Positions 1 to 13,957 of a stretch of 64,000 nt of DNA are shown here, piece by piece. The DNA is taken from assembly GCF_009914755.1 (NCBI RefSeq), contig NC_060932.1. One strand, written 5' to 3'. This DNA is from the human T2T-CHM13v2.0 reference genome, Homo sapiens. Made by a program: the position numbers and the translations under genes. How positions within the stretch are numbered: position 1 is the first letter of the stretch; each line of letters opens with the position of its first letter. The notes beneath the pieces were generated by a model, which ran no database searches, had not been told where the DNA came from, and saw only the letters and a program-made list of their open reading frames with translations.

Positions 1-960
1 GTGCTTGTAATTGCAAAGGCTAAGGTCAAGGAAGGTCTTGCTGACAAGGAGGCATTGAGCAAAAACCTGGTGCAAGTGAGCATGTGAGACTCGCAGCTGT
101 GCGGGGAACAACATTCCAGACAGCAGGAACAGCATGCCAAGGCCTGAGGCTTCGGCAGGTCTGGGGGACCCAGCGCGGATTCTAGTTGGGTAGGGGGCAA
201 TGAACAGGGAAGGGAGACCAGGCCAGAGTAAAGATGTGGTCTTTTCCTTTAAGAAAGGGGAAACTCATCGAAGGGCTTCTGACTGTCTCGTGGAGTGAAT
301 CTTACATGAGGAAGAACAGAGGCAGGAAAGCCTGTAAGAAGGTGCTGACAGTGATTGGAGTGAGCCGCGATGGCTTAGGGGCCTAGTGACAGCAGCAGAG
401 GTGGTGAGAAATGGTCAGATGGTAGATTTATTTTGAAGTTAGAGCCATCAGGATATTTGGACAGATCAGACATAGAGTCTGAAGAGAAGAGTCAAGGATG
501 CCTCCAAGACTTTTGAATGTCCCCATTTACTGACACGGGAAGCAGGTGGGTATATCAATTCATGGCAGAAGATAATGATTTTAATTTTGAATACTCCTCA
601 GGGATCCATTTGCAGATACTGTCCACACAGTTGGTTATATGAGTCTGAAATTCAGGAAAGAGAGGAGTGCTGGGGATGTAAAATTATGGACATACAAATG
701 TACTGAAAGCCCCAATGAGATCACCAAAAGATCACCACCAAAGAGGATCAAGGACGCACCTTGGGGAATCCAGTGTCAGAGACTGGGGTGTTGAGAAACC
801 AGCAAGGAGACCTGAGAAGATGCAGTCTGAGAGGTAGAGGAAACCAGGGAGGTTGCAATGTTGGGAAGCCAAGTTTCTTTGACAATGGCCAGGGTTGTGT
901 GAGCCTTCCAGCTTTTCCTTCAAGAACGCAGAGCTTGCTGATCTTCCAGGACAGACTGTA
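1..960 (-). mobile_element. Old LINE-2 fragment
   Basis: Purine-rich L2-like segments (tattttgaagttagagcc, gaagagaagagtcaaggatg, gagtctgaaattcagga, aatgagatcacc). Confidence 0.55.
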
Positions 961-1978
961 GGCTCTGGGTCAGCTTCCAAAGACCAGGAGGATGGTCCTT
1001 AGGGGCTCGAGAGAATTACCTTGAGCACTTTGTGAGTCTAGGAGTCTACTTCTCTCTATTCTCACAGGGGCAATCTGGAAGAACAGAATTTACCCTGAGC
1101 CTCGACACTGGGGCAAAGGCAAACAGAATGCCCCTAGGGGCATGTTCCAACATTTCCCTATGCAGGGTTCACTCCCCTGCCCTGATTTGGCAGGAGTCCC
1201 TAGAAGAACATTCCCCACCCCAGCTTTGAGAACCACTCCCAGGTGAGCCTCCCGGAGTAGTTCCTGTAACTCAGGCAGAGAACCACAGTGAGAATCCTTA
1301 GAAACAAAAAACAAAAAAACAAAAAAACTGCTGTTCAGATGTGGCTCTTCGTCCCAATCTACACCATCCGTGCCTGGCTGCCCAGCCTTCAGTTTCGTCT
1401 AAGAGTTCCTGGGTCCTGGCAGTCACTTTGCTTCCTGACCCTGCAGTCTGAGACCACGCCCGTCCTCAGACTCCCTGGGCTGACCCCTTCCTACAAGCAG
1501 CTCAGGGATGGGCGGTGGGCTCATTGATTCCAGTTTTGTTTTCTCTTCCCATTTGAAAATGACCAAATGAGACCAAGTGAGACACTGGCAGAATTAAGGG
1601 CATCTCCCTTGTATGTCTGATACTTTGATAAAATATACTTATAAAGGAAGACCCTTATTGATTGCAGAAAAATGAATTAGAAACGATTAAACAGAGTAGG
1701 CTGATTCGTAGTTGAGGGGCCAATGGAAACTGCTGGCTAAACAGCCTTGGTTTTAAAGGGGCCAGAACTAGATTGTTATGCGGGTAGGGCTCAGGTGTTC
1801 TTATCACAATAAAATAAAATTTTCTTAAAAATACAAGTAAAGGGATAGAATTAGGGAAAGAACTTAAGAACTTGGAAGGAAAGAAGTCACAGGCAGTTTA
1901 AAGACAGTTGTAGAGAATCAACATGTTAAATAGAAATGCCTTTATCATGCATTACAAGCTACATTATTCTCAAAACAA

Positions 1979-2875
1979 ACAGGGGTAGATAATGTAAAAT
2001 AAAATATTTCTCTAGTAACATCATGTACGAGGCCTACACTGGTAAATAAAATAAATTTTTTGTCTTCAAAAAGTAGTCAGCATATTAAAAAGGCAGAATT
2101 ATATATGATAAAGTTTTTTTTTTAAATATAGGTTTTTCCTTTTTTTATTGTCTCCCCAACGAAATTGTAAAGCCGAAGGCAGAGAATCTGCTTTCTTCTT
2201 CTGAATGGGTGGACAGATGGATGAGTGAATGACAAAACAGCTACAATTCAAAGTAATAAGTGTTTTGAAACAGACAAGTAAAGAAGTGCTTGGGGAACAC
2301 AATGGGAAAAAATCTTAGTCTGGGAGGTCATGGGGACACTTCATGGAGGAGGTGGTATCAGTCCTGAGCCTGAAAGAATGAGTACAAATTCCATATGTCA
2401 AAAGACAAAGGAAAGAATTATGCCAGGCATGGCCTAGAACAGAGTTGAGATGGAAAGAATGTTTTATATCATGAAAAATCAGAAGTAGCATTAGGTGTAG
2501 GATTTTCTCAGAAAATAGGATGGCGATGATATTGAAAAAACAGAATTTGTTGGTGGGAAGGGGGATAAAAGTGATTTTCTCCTACAAGGAGAAGAAACTA
2601 AACAAGAAGAAAAATTACGCAAGCAAAAAACCCAAATGAAAAGGTAGCAAAGGAGAGTATCAAAGATAAAGATGAACTCACAAGATATAGCTGAATACTT
2701 CAAGAGGTTAAACATACAGGGGTAGATAATGTAAAATAAAATATTTCTCAAGCAACATCATGTACGAGGCCTACACTGGTAAATAAAATAGATTCCTTGT
2801 CTTCAAAAAGTAGGCAGTATATTAAAAAGTCAGAATTATGTATGATAAATTAAAAATTGTTTTAAGGTAGGTTTT
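1979..2875 (+). repeat. Dispersed direct duplication, ~155 bp (1979-2136 and 2716-2875)
   Basis: Both copies read acaggggtagataatgtaaaataaaatatttctc...catcatgtacgaggcctacactggtaaataaaata...; 9 mismatches over the ~134-bp core by eye. Confidence 0.95.
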
Positions 2876-4064
2876 GACATGGAGGGGGTAGGGGGAACCA
2901 TGACACCAGGGCTCAAAGTGCTATATGCAAAAAGTTTCATTAGTCAAGAAGGCAGCAAGGCTTGATCTTTGAACACTTTTCCAAGGTCACACAGCTAATC
3001 AGGGAAACAGCCCCGGAACACAGGGCTGCTATTAACCCAGTGTTCTTTCCACCACACAAACTCTTGGCTTTTCTGCCAACCTTTGTACCATAGAATTTGA
3101 CAAACCAGTCAAATTCTAGGCGAGGGTTTGTAGTAGAGTTTTGAGAATTTACCATTGTGAGGAAATATTGGAAACCAGAGCACATGATATTTGGATTGTA
3201 GGGCGTCCATTTGTCAACATTATGGGACACATTTTATTTCAGTTCACATTTTAAGCAGGAAAAAAATTTATGAGGTGTCAGAAACATTATGTTTGCAAGC
3301 ATATAATATAATTAAAATGAGACCTCAAATAGGTATAGTTTACTTAAAAGATAGCAAGAAAGGAAGTATTCTGCCTGATGATTAAAGTTCATGCATTTCT
3401 TCAAGTAGGACTGGGGAGAAAAGAGATAGGCAGTCAAATAATTTTGTTTGCATTGGAGGTGCTGAAGAGTGCATCAGGGTGAGAAGATTTGGACCAAAGG
3501 GAGCCAACGACCCGTGCAGTGCTTGAGCAAGTCCAAAAGAGCCTTAGCAATTTAGTTCCCAAATTACCAAAGCTGCAAGGGAGCTGTGTGACAGGCATAT
3601 GGAATTTGACGGAGACTTCAGATTTTGTCAGAGACATGTAATTAAATACTCTCAGAACACAATTTAGGTGGTTATAGAGTCATCTCTGGAAGCATATAAA
3701 ATAGCATCTTAAAAGTCTCCTTCCTTAAACTCTCATTTCTGATACATGATGAATGTTTAAGGAAGAGCTGGTTGATTTCAAACACTTCTAAGAGGTAAAA
3801 ACAAAGACTTACAGACCAAGGGTTGTGCATTTTGCCACACTACTGTCAAGATTTGGACATTTGTTCTGTATTCTGCTGCTTGTCTTCAAGTAGAAATGCA
3901 AACAATGATTAACATTCCCCAAGAATTCATAGATCAAGAAAATACCAAAGAAACCCAGATTCTTGACTTTTCAGCCAACCTTCTACCACTGAAAATTAGC
4001 AATGGTGAGAAGAGTTTTTCTAAGTAATTAGTAAAGTCCAACCTATGGTCTCTGTGATGTGTGC

Positions 4065-4210
4065 CTCTCAAACTTCCAAACGCCCGTTAATTTCTTATAA
4101 ATCTTGTTAAAAGGCGAGAGGGAGCCTTGGAGGCTGCGTTTCTAGTAAGCCCCCAGGGGATGCCGTGGTTCTGAGCCGGCAGGCTCCAGGGGCACCTCTG
4201 AGTCCCAAGC
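4065..4210. mobile_element. MER5-like (hAT-Charlie) fragment
   Basis: tctcaaactt...cttgttaaaa...ctgcgtttctagtaagccccc resembles the MER5A/B consensus. Confidence 0.4.
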
Positions 4211-4778
4211 TGGACGTGATCTATTCTCACCCACAACAATGCTGTTACATCATACCCTGGGTTTGTTACCGATGCTGTGAATTGCGTATCCACTGAAACA
4301 TCTAATACTATGCTAGGGCACAAGAAAAAATATCAAAGGAAATATTCATCCCTCAGTCAAGAGTGGCAAATTCTGCGTGTAAAAATATTTATATTACAAG
4401 AAAAGAAAAGCTAAATGGATGAAAAAATTATCTCTGACAATGCAAGTCAATCCTCACATGCAGCCTGCAGTGGTGATATTTTGCCACAGTTTTAGAAGAT
4501 GTCTGATTTTTAGAGATGTTAGTGCCTTAGACTCTCAGCTCCTGTAATCTATTGGTTGACAGAGGCCACCAATATCCTTGTGATAATATTTGAATGAAGA
4601 GAAAAACAGGCAAAGAAAATAAAGCATGTTTTCCTGCTCTTATTTTGTTTCTGAGTCTCTTAACTCTACGGACATTTATTCATTAGCTCCGTAGTATTTT
4701 TCTAAAATACAGATATTAAGATTTAAAGTAGACCTTAGACAAGCTGGAGAGTACTCTGTCCTTTGCAATCACCATTTT

Positions 4779-4815
4779 ATATATACATATATATATACAC
4801 ACACACACACACACT
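4779..4815. repeat. (TA)n(CA)n compound microsatellite
   Basis: Seen directly. Confidence 0.9.
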
Positions 4816-5231
4816 ATGCTTTATTACACTGTGTTGGTTGGTATAATCACAGTTATATATATTATGTACTATGTAATTTATATAATAATATATATATTTT
4901 ATTACATACATGTAATAAAAACTGGAAAAACATAACTATTTAGTCCTTTGTGGTTAGGCTACTATGAAGGAAGAGGATTCCACTTTTAGTCCATTTGTAA
5001 ATGACTATTACAGGCCTCAGGTGTAGGTTAAATGACTCACACCTCCCATACTGCAAAATCAGCCTTGGGAATACAAGGCCCTTGATAGGTCATCACTTGG
5101 GAGATGGCATTTCAAAAGAAAAAACAAATAAAATGGATGTATATTTGAGTCTTTCCTAGATATTTTAACATCTACTTAAAATCACATGATTAGCTCCTAG
5201 GAAACAATTTAGAAGGAAATGGTAGTAGTCT

Positions 5232-5578
<347 letters not shown>

Positions 5579-6901
5579 TAATTGGCAGTGCAGAGAATTA
5601 TGAAGATGTGGTAGGGTTTGTCTGAAGGTTAGGATACTTTTCAGCTTGATTTATTAATTTATTGATAAAATTTAAATTAATATTTCCCCAAAGTGTGGAT
5701 AGTAAAGTGGCATGCAGCAGCCTGCAGTTGCAGCAGACAATATGGCACGGCTGCAGGAGGTGCGGGGTCTGGACTGGAGACGGGACCTGAGTCCTGTCTC
5801 TGATTCAGTCGCTTCCCTGTCACAGGCCAGGTATAAAGCACTTAACTTCCATGAACTCAGCACATGAGTAAATGCAGGTAATGTCATTTGTCCTGACAAC
5901 CTTATGGGCTTGCTGTATGGCTCCAACCAGACGCTGTGCACATTGTTCCCACAAATCACTCAGTGCGCACCTGTTGAGGCCCACTCAATACACCTTCAGT
6001 GCTAAATGCTAGAATAGGCTATGCAAATACATAAACATACAAGAGCATTAGAGTTCATCGGCTTTACTTGTTAAATTACAAAGTCTTTTTTTGTTTTTAT
6101 TCTTATTGAAAGCTTCCCCAATATATTTTAAGACACTTTTCTGCCCTAGTAAGAACAGTACAGTAAACATAAAATAATCTCTGGAATGCTTCTGTTGGTG
6201 TGAGGCCTCCAGCCTCATGTTCCACACGGAGCCCCTCCATCACACAGAGGCATGGACAAGGCCGATGCCGGGGTGGCTGAACCCTACAGATGCCTCTGCC
6301 ACACCCTGGAGGGACACTTCTCTTCTAAATTAATTTTTATCATCAGCTTCTTGGGTGATCAGTCTTGAGTCCCTCTCAAAGTGGCTTATAGGTAAAAAGG
6401 GTTTTCTTGAAGGTGTCAGTTTCTTGGATTCTAATGTTCAGGTCTGGCCTAGTATTGAAAAAGATACATTGCCAACATGATATAGTAGTTATGCTATTAA
6501 ATCTCTAAAACATGCTTTGAGCCCCACATTTGGAAATGATAACAACAAAAGGAAAGAAGAGAGTTTCTCCCTTCTTTTCTCTAACTTCATGATTAAAATG
6601 ATTAATTTCCTTTTACCTGGCTGATGGACTTACGGAAGACTTACTATTAGAAATCAGTATCAGTTCACTTTTTTCTTTAGTTATCACCTCCAGGAATCTT
6701 TATGTAATAAGTTCCAATAAACTCATGACCACTAAAGGAAACTGAATTCTAAAAAAATTCCAAAATATTAAAGTATCTATTACTGATATAAAGACTATAA
6801 TGAATGAAATAATATAAAAGAAAAACAAGAAAGCCATCTAGATCTGTAATTCATAACAATTTTCACATACTCATGAAATGTTATTGTTAAATCTATAACT
6901 A

Positions 6902-7221
6902 GGCCAGGCATGGTGGCTCACACCTATAATCCCAGCACTTTGGGAGGCCAAGGCAAGAAGATTGCTTGAGCTCAAGAGTTTGATGGAGACCAGTCAGAGC
7001 AACATAGTGAGAACCTCATCTGTACAGAAAATAAACAAAATTAGCTGAGTGTGGTGGCGCGTGCCTGTAGTTCCAGCTATTCCAAAGGCTGAGGTCGGAG
7101 GATTGCCTGAGCCCAGGAGGTTGAGGCTCCAGTGAGCCAAGGTCACACTACTGTACTCCAGCCTGGGTGACAGAGTGAGACCCTGTCTCAAAAAATAAAT
7201 TAATTAACTAAATTAAATAAA
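6902..7221 (+). mobile_element. Alu (AluJ-like)
   Basis: Dimer with J-type features; flanking TSD aaatctataa. Confidence 0.95.
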
Positions 7222-8242
7222 TCTATAATTGATTAGAGAGCTCATAAAATATTTAACATTTTAAAACTTACAGGAAAATGCCAAATGATAGGATTTTATA
7301 TAAAGTAAGAAATTATGTAAAATAAAACAAAGAGAGAAACTTAAATTAAAACTTTCATTACCAAACTTAAGCTGACAAATTGGTACACAGCAAAAAGACT
7401 ATGAACGGACAGAGAGATTTGACTCTAATATACTTAAGAGGCCTGAATTCATTTGTCTCTCTAAGTAGTCACATAGGAAAGTCATTTCAGGGGCTAGAAT
7501 ATATTTTCCTAATTAGAGGAAGGGGGCTGGACTGGTGTAAAAACACTTTGCCAATGCAAGAGACAATTACCAATATTAGTAGATGCAATAGCATGAGGTT
7601 CAGACTAAGGATAATAGTAATAAAAGAAAAGAGCAGAGATAATGCAATGGTCATGATTTAGAAAGACACAGGTGAGTCTTCTCGACACCACCTGTAACTT
7701 GAATTGTGTTGGAGGAAAGACTGGAAATGCTAATAAGAAATATGATTAAAGGTGGGCCTGTGGTTATAAATTGCTTTTTTAATGGTGATGATAGTAGCTG
7801 ACATCGAGTATAATAAGAAGATGAGAATGTCAGTATCAATTTTATTAGTGCCATGAAGAATATACAGTATATTTAAATTAGTTTCATTTGTATTAGTATT
7901 TTCGTAAGTAGTCGCTCTAGAAGCAATAACACGTCCAATGCATTCTAAAAAGAAGAACCAAATAAAGTTGCCAGTGTTCTCTACAAAATAGCCATAACTT
8001 TTACACTGGGGAAAACATGCCACATTTCCTAAGATACTCAGAATTTAGGCACACAGTTGTGCTGGATCACAACAAACCTGTGGAAAAAATTGGAAGAGGA
8101 ATTGCAAGAAATGGACAAAAATTTAAAAGATGCTAAAAATATAAGCTTCCATATGAATCAGTACTTTTCTCCCAAGATTTAGATAGAATAATAATTAAGA
8201 TCTATGTCTAGGTCAGCTTAAACTACTTAAGAAGCAACTTGG

Positions 8243-8574
<332 letters not shown>

Positions 8575-8959
8575 CTAAGCATGGTCATTCTGTTGAACAG
8601 AAATGATTATAAAATTTCAAATGATCACTTAGTGATTTTTATAAGCTGGGTCTCATTAAATAAAAATAGGTGAATTAATGATGTTTATAAATTTTCCCAG
8701 CAAGTATCATTAGCTTTCTGAGTTACTCTAATAACAAATTAGTTAAAATGAAATATGTGACAAAAGATAATCGTTAGAGAATTAGGAAAATAGAAAACAT
8801 TATTATCTTAAAGTATATTATTTGTCCAAATTTAAAAAAACTAGGCTGTTTGAAAGATAAACCATAAGGGTTAAAAATATAGACTGTGAGAAATCTGTTG
8901 CTTAAATCACTTTTTGGTTTCTACTCTAAACAGTATTAATTGTGTGTGAGATAAAGACT

Positions 8960-9185
8960 AGTCTGGTGGGTGAGAAGCTGGCCTTTGAGTCAGAAGTCTG
9001 GATTGCCTACCAGCTGTGTAGCCTTGGGCTATTTCCATAAATTATTTATTTTCACTTTATTCATCTGAAAACTGAAATATCATAGTTTCTGCCTAATAAG
9101 GCTATCGGGAGGATTAAGTGAGATAATAGAGGTTAAGAAAGCTCAAGAGTGTCTGGCACATAGGACCCCAATAAATATTAGTTTA
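8960..9185. mobile_element. MIR
   Basis: Core motifs ttcatctgaaaa...ggaggattaagtgagataat...ctggcacatagg...aataaat. Confidence 0.6.
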
Positions 9186-9187
9186 TT

Positions 9188-9504
<317 letters not shown>

Positions 9505-10075
9505 TATACATGCTTATTATAATTATTAATGCTTCTGACATGCTCAAATAGTAATTTCTATTTCTCCACATAGAGCACAGTAAACATTTCTTCCCACAAA
9601 TTTGCTTCTCTCTGCTAATACCTAACTTTTTCTCTATGAATTATATTTCTCTTCTAGGCCAATGTACACACATTAATTCCTTAAAGATTCTCTTGAGTAA
9701 AAGTTGTTTTCAAGAAACGTCACTACCTTTTTTTCTCTGAATGACTTGGTTCCTTTAAAGGACTCTGGTGTCCCTCACCAGGTAAGTGGCCTCATGTCCA
9801 CGGGCACACTGATTCTGCAACAAGAACCAAGAAACCACTCCAGGGACTGCAAACATGTCCCCCACTTGGAGCACTGGGTCATTTTAAACTTCTCTTGACT
9901 ATTCTACAGGGGACATAAATAAAGCCTCCAGAAATATAAGAACTTTAAATAAGAGCAAATTTTAAAGGCAATAATTTAAATGAGCAAGGTTATTCAACAA
10001 TTTAATCCTGTCCAAATGTAGGGGTATACTATATGTCCTGTTCTTATCAAAATACTTTCAAAATTAAGATTCTTA

Positions 10076-10408
10076 AGCCAGGTGCAGTGGCTCACTCCTG
10101 TTAATCCCAAAGCTCTGGCCGAGGTGGGAGAAACACTTGAGCCCAGGAGTTTGAGACCAGCCTAGGCAACATAGCAAGACTCTGTCTCTACTAAAAATAT
10201 AAAAATTAGCCGGGTGTGGTGGCACACACCTGTACTCCCAGCTACTCGAGAGGCTGAGGCAGGAGGATTTCCTGAGCCCAGGAGTTTTAGGCTGCAGCAA
10301 ACCATGATTGCACCACTGCACTCCAGCCTGGGAGACAGAGTGAGACCCTTTTTGAGACCATGTCTCAAAAAAATAAATAAATAAAAATAAAAATAAAATT
10401 AAAACAAA
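10076..10408 (+). mobile_element. Alu (AluJ-like)
   Basis: Dimer; TSD-like attcttaa on both sides. Confidence 0.95.
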
Positions 10409-11074
10409 ATTCTTAAGACAAAATTGATTACACAGGTAGGGCCATGGATTCCCTACTGACAAATTCCACAGAGAAGAGTATCTGCATGAATTCTAACAGA
10501 TAAGTGTTTCGCTACATAAATGAACCAAGGCTATGACGGAGATCATAAGCCACATGGAAGCAACGGTGACAGCCTGTGTTTTAGAGGAATCACAAGCTCA
10601 GTTGCCTGGAGAAAGAACTGTGTAAATTGCATACCTTACAAAGTTCAAGTGTATTAGACACTGTTACACATCCTTCATTTTTCAAACACTTCCCTGAGGA
10701 ACAAATACAGACCATGGCTGTTTCTGGAAAGGTGAACTAAACAGTGGATTTGGGACTTCCTAGGTTGTCAATAGCACATGCAGAGAAATGTACAGAGCAA
10801 TTATCTTGTTCCTGACAGAAAATGTGTCGTCTGCATGTGTTTCTTCTTTAAAAAATGTACTTTCTTTAACTATACCCTGACAAAGACTCTGAAAGAAAAT
10901 CTAATTAGAATTTATCCTGGAAAACCTGTTAAGGTGGAATTTTCACAATATTGCCTGAGGTGTAGTAGCAGCAATATCTGTGACGAAAATGCTTGAATCC
11001 ACTCAAAAAAACTATTGGTCACATTATGTTCCCATGTTTAGGTTAAAAAATTAGTTACCTGATGGAATCATCTA

Positions 11075-11080
<6 letters not shown>

Positions 11081-11122
<42 letters not shown>

Positions 11123-11362
11123 TTGAGATGGAGTCTCACTCTGTCACCCAGGCTGGAGTGCAGTTGTGTGATCTCAGCTCACTGCAACCTCCGCTTCCCG
11201 GGTTCAAGCAATTCTCCTGCCACAGCCTCCTGAGTAGCTGAAACTATAGGCACACGCCACCATGCCTGGCTAATTTTTTATATTTTAGTAGAGTCGGGGT
11301 TTCGCCATGTTGCCCAGGCTGGTCTTGAACTCCTGAGCTCAGAAAATCTGCTCACCTCGGCC
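11081..11362 (-). mobile_element. 5'-truncated Alu with (TTA)n tail
   Basis: 18-bp TSD tggaatcatctaattatt at 11063-11080 and 11363-11380. Confidence 0.95.
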
Positions 11363-11778
11363 TGGAATCATCTAATTATTTAATGCAAGAAGTGGATAAC
11401 TTAGGATCTGGGTTATCCATCAGTCAGGTTCATGGATAACAGCTCAGCTCTTCCCTGACCATCAGTGTGAAATCCAACCGCATGCAAGGTGTGCACAAAG
11501 GGATCACATGCTTGATGAAGAAAAGTGGGCTACCACTCACATCACAGCAAAAATTGTTTTGTTATTTCATTAATACAATAGATTGAGTTGTTCAGGATCG
11601 AGTATCAGTACAATCATTCTCCTCCGCCTTCTTGGTGCATACACAACGTCTGGATGGAAAAAGCCCTTTAGCCAATTCCTTCTGCTAAAAAAAGTATTCT
11701 GAGGCTTGAAAAGTACAAATCATTCGAATAATCAAGGCCCATTAATGTGAAAAAAAAGTAATATAGGGTAAATCTTAC

Positions 11779-11809
11779 CTGAGCTCCTGGATTAGTGAAT
11801 CCATTGGCA
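11779..11809 (-). CDS. ST18: ST18 second coding exon (31-nt micro-exon): (V)PMDSLIQEL(S)
   Basis: Strong polypyrimidine acceptor tcttcttttgtcaacag|TGCCAATGGATTCACTAATCCAGGAGCTCAG|gtaaga. It continues the frame from the phase-1 donor at 13903. I did not find the next coding exon in 1-11778, so it probably lies outside the window. Confidence 0.93.
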
Positions 11810-13902
11810 CTGTTGACAAAAGAAGAAAAAAAAGAAGACTTAATCAGTTGATAATTTTCAAAACTGTATAATGGAAACTTTTCCCCCACCTAGAGGTAAC
11901 GACCAATAAGTTTCTCACTGGGTGGGTTCATCTTTTCTTGTTCTAGTTCTTTGGAGATGAGAGGACAGATGGATATGGCCCAGAACAGACCGGCTGTGGG
12001 TTTAGTACCTTGGGTGAACTGGGGCCTGATAATCGTAGATTGGACTTTCCAGGTACCTGTCCTTAGAGATTCATTGAAAATTCACAGGAGCACAAATGAT
12101 TCAGATTATTTTTTAAATACATTTTATTTTTAGTACAAAATTATTCAAAAGGAATCCCAAGATTATATCTTTATTAATATTAAACACACATTCAAATAAA
12201 ACTGGTAAAGCTTTGCTAAATAAATATGTCCCATGCTTTTACTCATAAACTTCCTCCATATAGAAAGGGGAGGATGAGCTTCAGCCATGTTAATATCACC
12301 AACCTTTTAAAAATGAAGAACTTACAGGAAAAACAGCTTTGATTTTTCTGACTGAAATGATGGGAACTAAAGAAGTTCATGTTTATAAATACCTGCCTAC
12401 ACAAGGATAAGCAGCATATTGAGAGAGACAACAGGTGGTTTTAAAGATTACTCATGCCTCACGAGAAACAGTTGTTTCATTTCTAGAAGAACATTTTGGC
12501 TCTACTAAGGGTGTTCATGCCTGTGCCAGAGGAATTTAAAGTCCAAAAGGAATTGCAAATTTAAAAAAACCCACATTTTAAAAGTATGACAGAGTAGTGT
12601 GCTTTTAGAAGTCAAAATAAGAAATTCAAATAATCGAAATACACACTCTAGCATGCTGATATTTATGGCAGGCATAAGCTTATTCCAAATAGTGAGACAA
12701 ACTGCTTTTCTTAAGCTGGTATCCTATTGAGAAGTTTGCTCCGTAAAAAAGCTATTGTTTAGAAATACTACATTCCAAATATTAGGATATATAACATGGT
12801 TACTTTAAAAGTAATATAAAGTAAGACTGGAAAATAATACAGTATAAAATTTCTGTTTAGGTAGAAAAAATCTAATATGAGCACAGCATTATTCTGCATT
12901 TTGATTACCATGGTTAATGATAACCATGGTTATATTGTAACTGAAAAAAATTTTCCTTGAATTTATTAAAAATGTTGGGATTCTGGACTTTGCTCAAACA
13001 GGCATTAACTATCTTGACTACATACACAAATATAGATAACGAAAGCATTCCATTTGATCAGCCGCTGTCAGTTGTACATCTCAACACCCTCCTAAAGGGC
13101 TGCAGGGTCACGGCTTTGCCACAGCTTTTCCTCTGTGAGGTGGACTCTGAGGAGGGTGGGTTGGGGTGGGTGGGGAACAGCTATCCAGAGTGTTTTCAGA
13201 GGCTGTGGCGAACCTAGAGTTTTCCACTTAGAATTAAGGGTCACAAAAATATAGCCAATTATAATAAAATTTATTTTCCTTAAGGGGTATTATTGCCAGT
13301 CAATCCTGTTTTCCAGATGTTTAGATCATCAAGGGCCTGTTTATATTTCAATATTACATTACCATCTGTTGGTTACAAAAAGAGAGAGATAACCAGCAAG
13401 TTAAACCTTCCAGACATCAGAGCTGCTGGAAATTCCCAGCTGAGACAGTCAAAAAACAAACACCATCATTTTACTTGAACTAAGTTTAGGTTGGGAGCCA
13501 CTAAACCAGATAACATAAAAATCAAAACCTGCTTTGACAATAAACTAACAATTCTGTCTTTTCCCTTGGCCATTAAAGGTCACTTCCATAATTTGAAAGT
13601 TTCCATGAAACATCCCTCACTTGCTGAACCTTATGCTGTTTTGCGTGATGTTCAAATCCACTCATGATTGCATTTTGTAAAAATTAGCATCATAGATCAT
13701 TTGGACTTTTCTGAGTTCTTTAACTCCTCGTTCATAATATTTTGCCTCTCCGTGCCAAGAGCCAGTGTCCTGGCTTGATTTGAAAAAAGAAGCCCTGAGG
13801 AAGTTGTAATCATTCTGACTGCACACGAGGGACTGAGCACTGGAACGCTCATATTTCATGGTGTGGTGGGCATAGTGTCATAGAACCTGCTTGCTAACTC
13901 AC

Positions 13903-13957
13903 CCTCGGTTCCTTTAGAGCGAGTACGCAGCGTTTTATCTTCAGCCTCTGCATCCAT
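13903..13957 (-). CDS. ST18: ST18 first coding exon (55 nt): MDAEAEDKTLRTRSKGTE + G
   Basis: Minus strand reads gttatag|ATG GAT GCA GAG GCT GAA GAT AAA ACG CTG CGT ACT CGC TCT AAA GGA ACC GAG G|gtgagt. The peptide matches the ST18 N-terminus as I recall it and splices in phase to the next exon. Confidence 0.93.

Noticed and set aside
9770-9790. Plus-strand consensus donor CAG|gtaagt (also a plus-strand acceptor at ~30451)
   Set aside because: Isolated sites with no partner splice site or other support for an antisense transcript.
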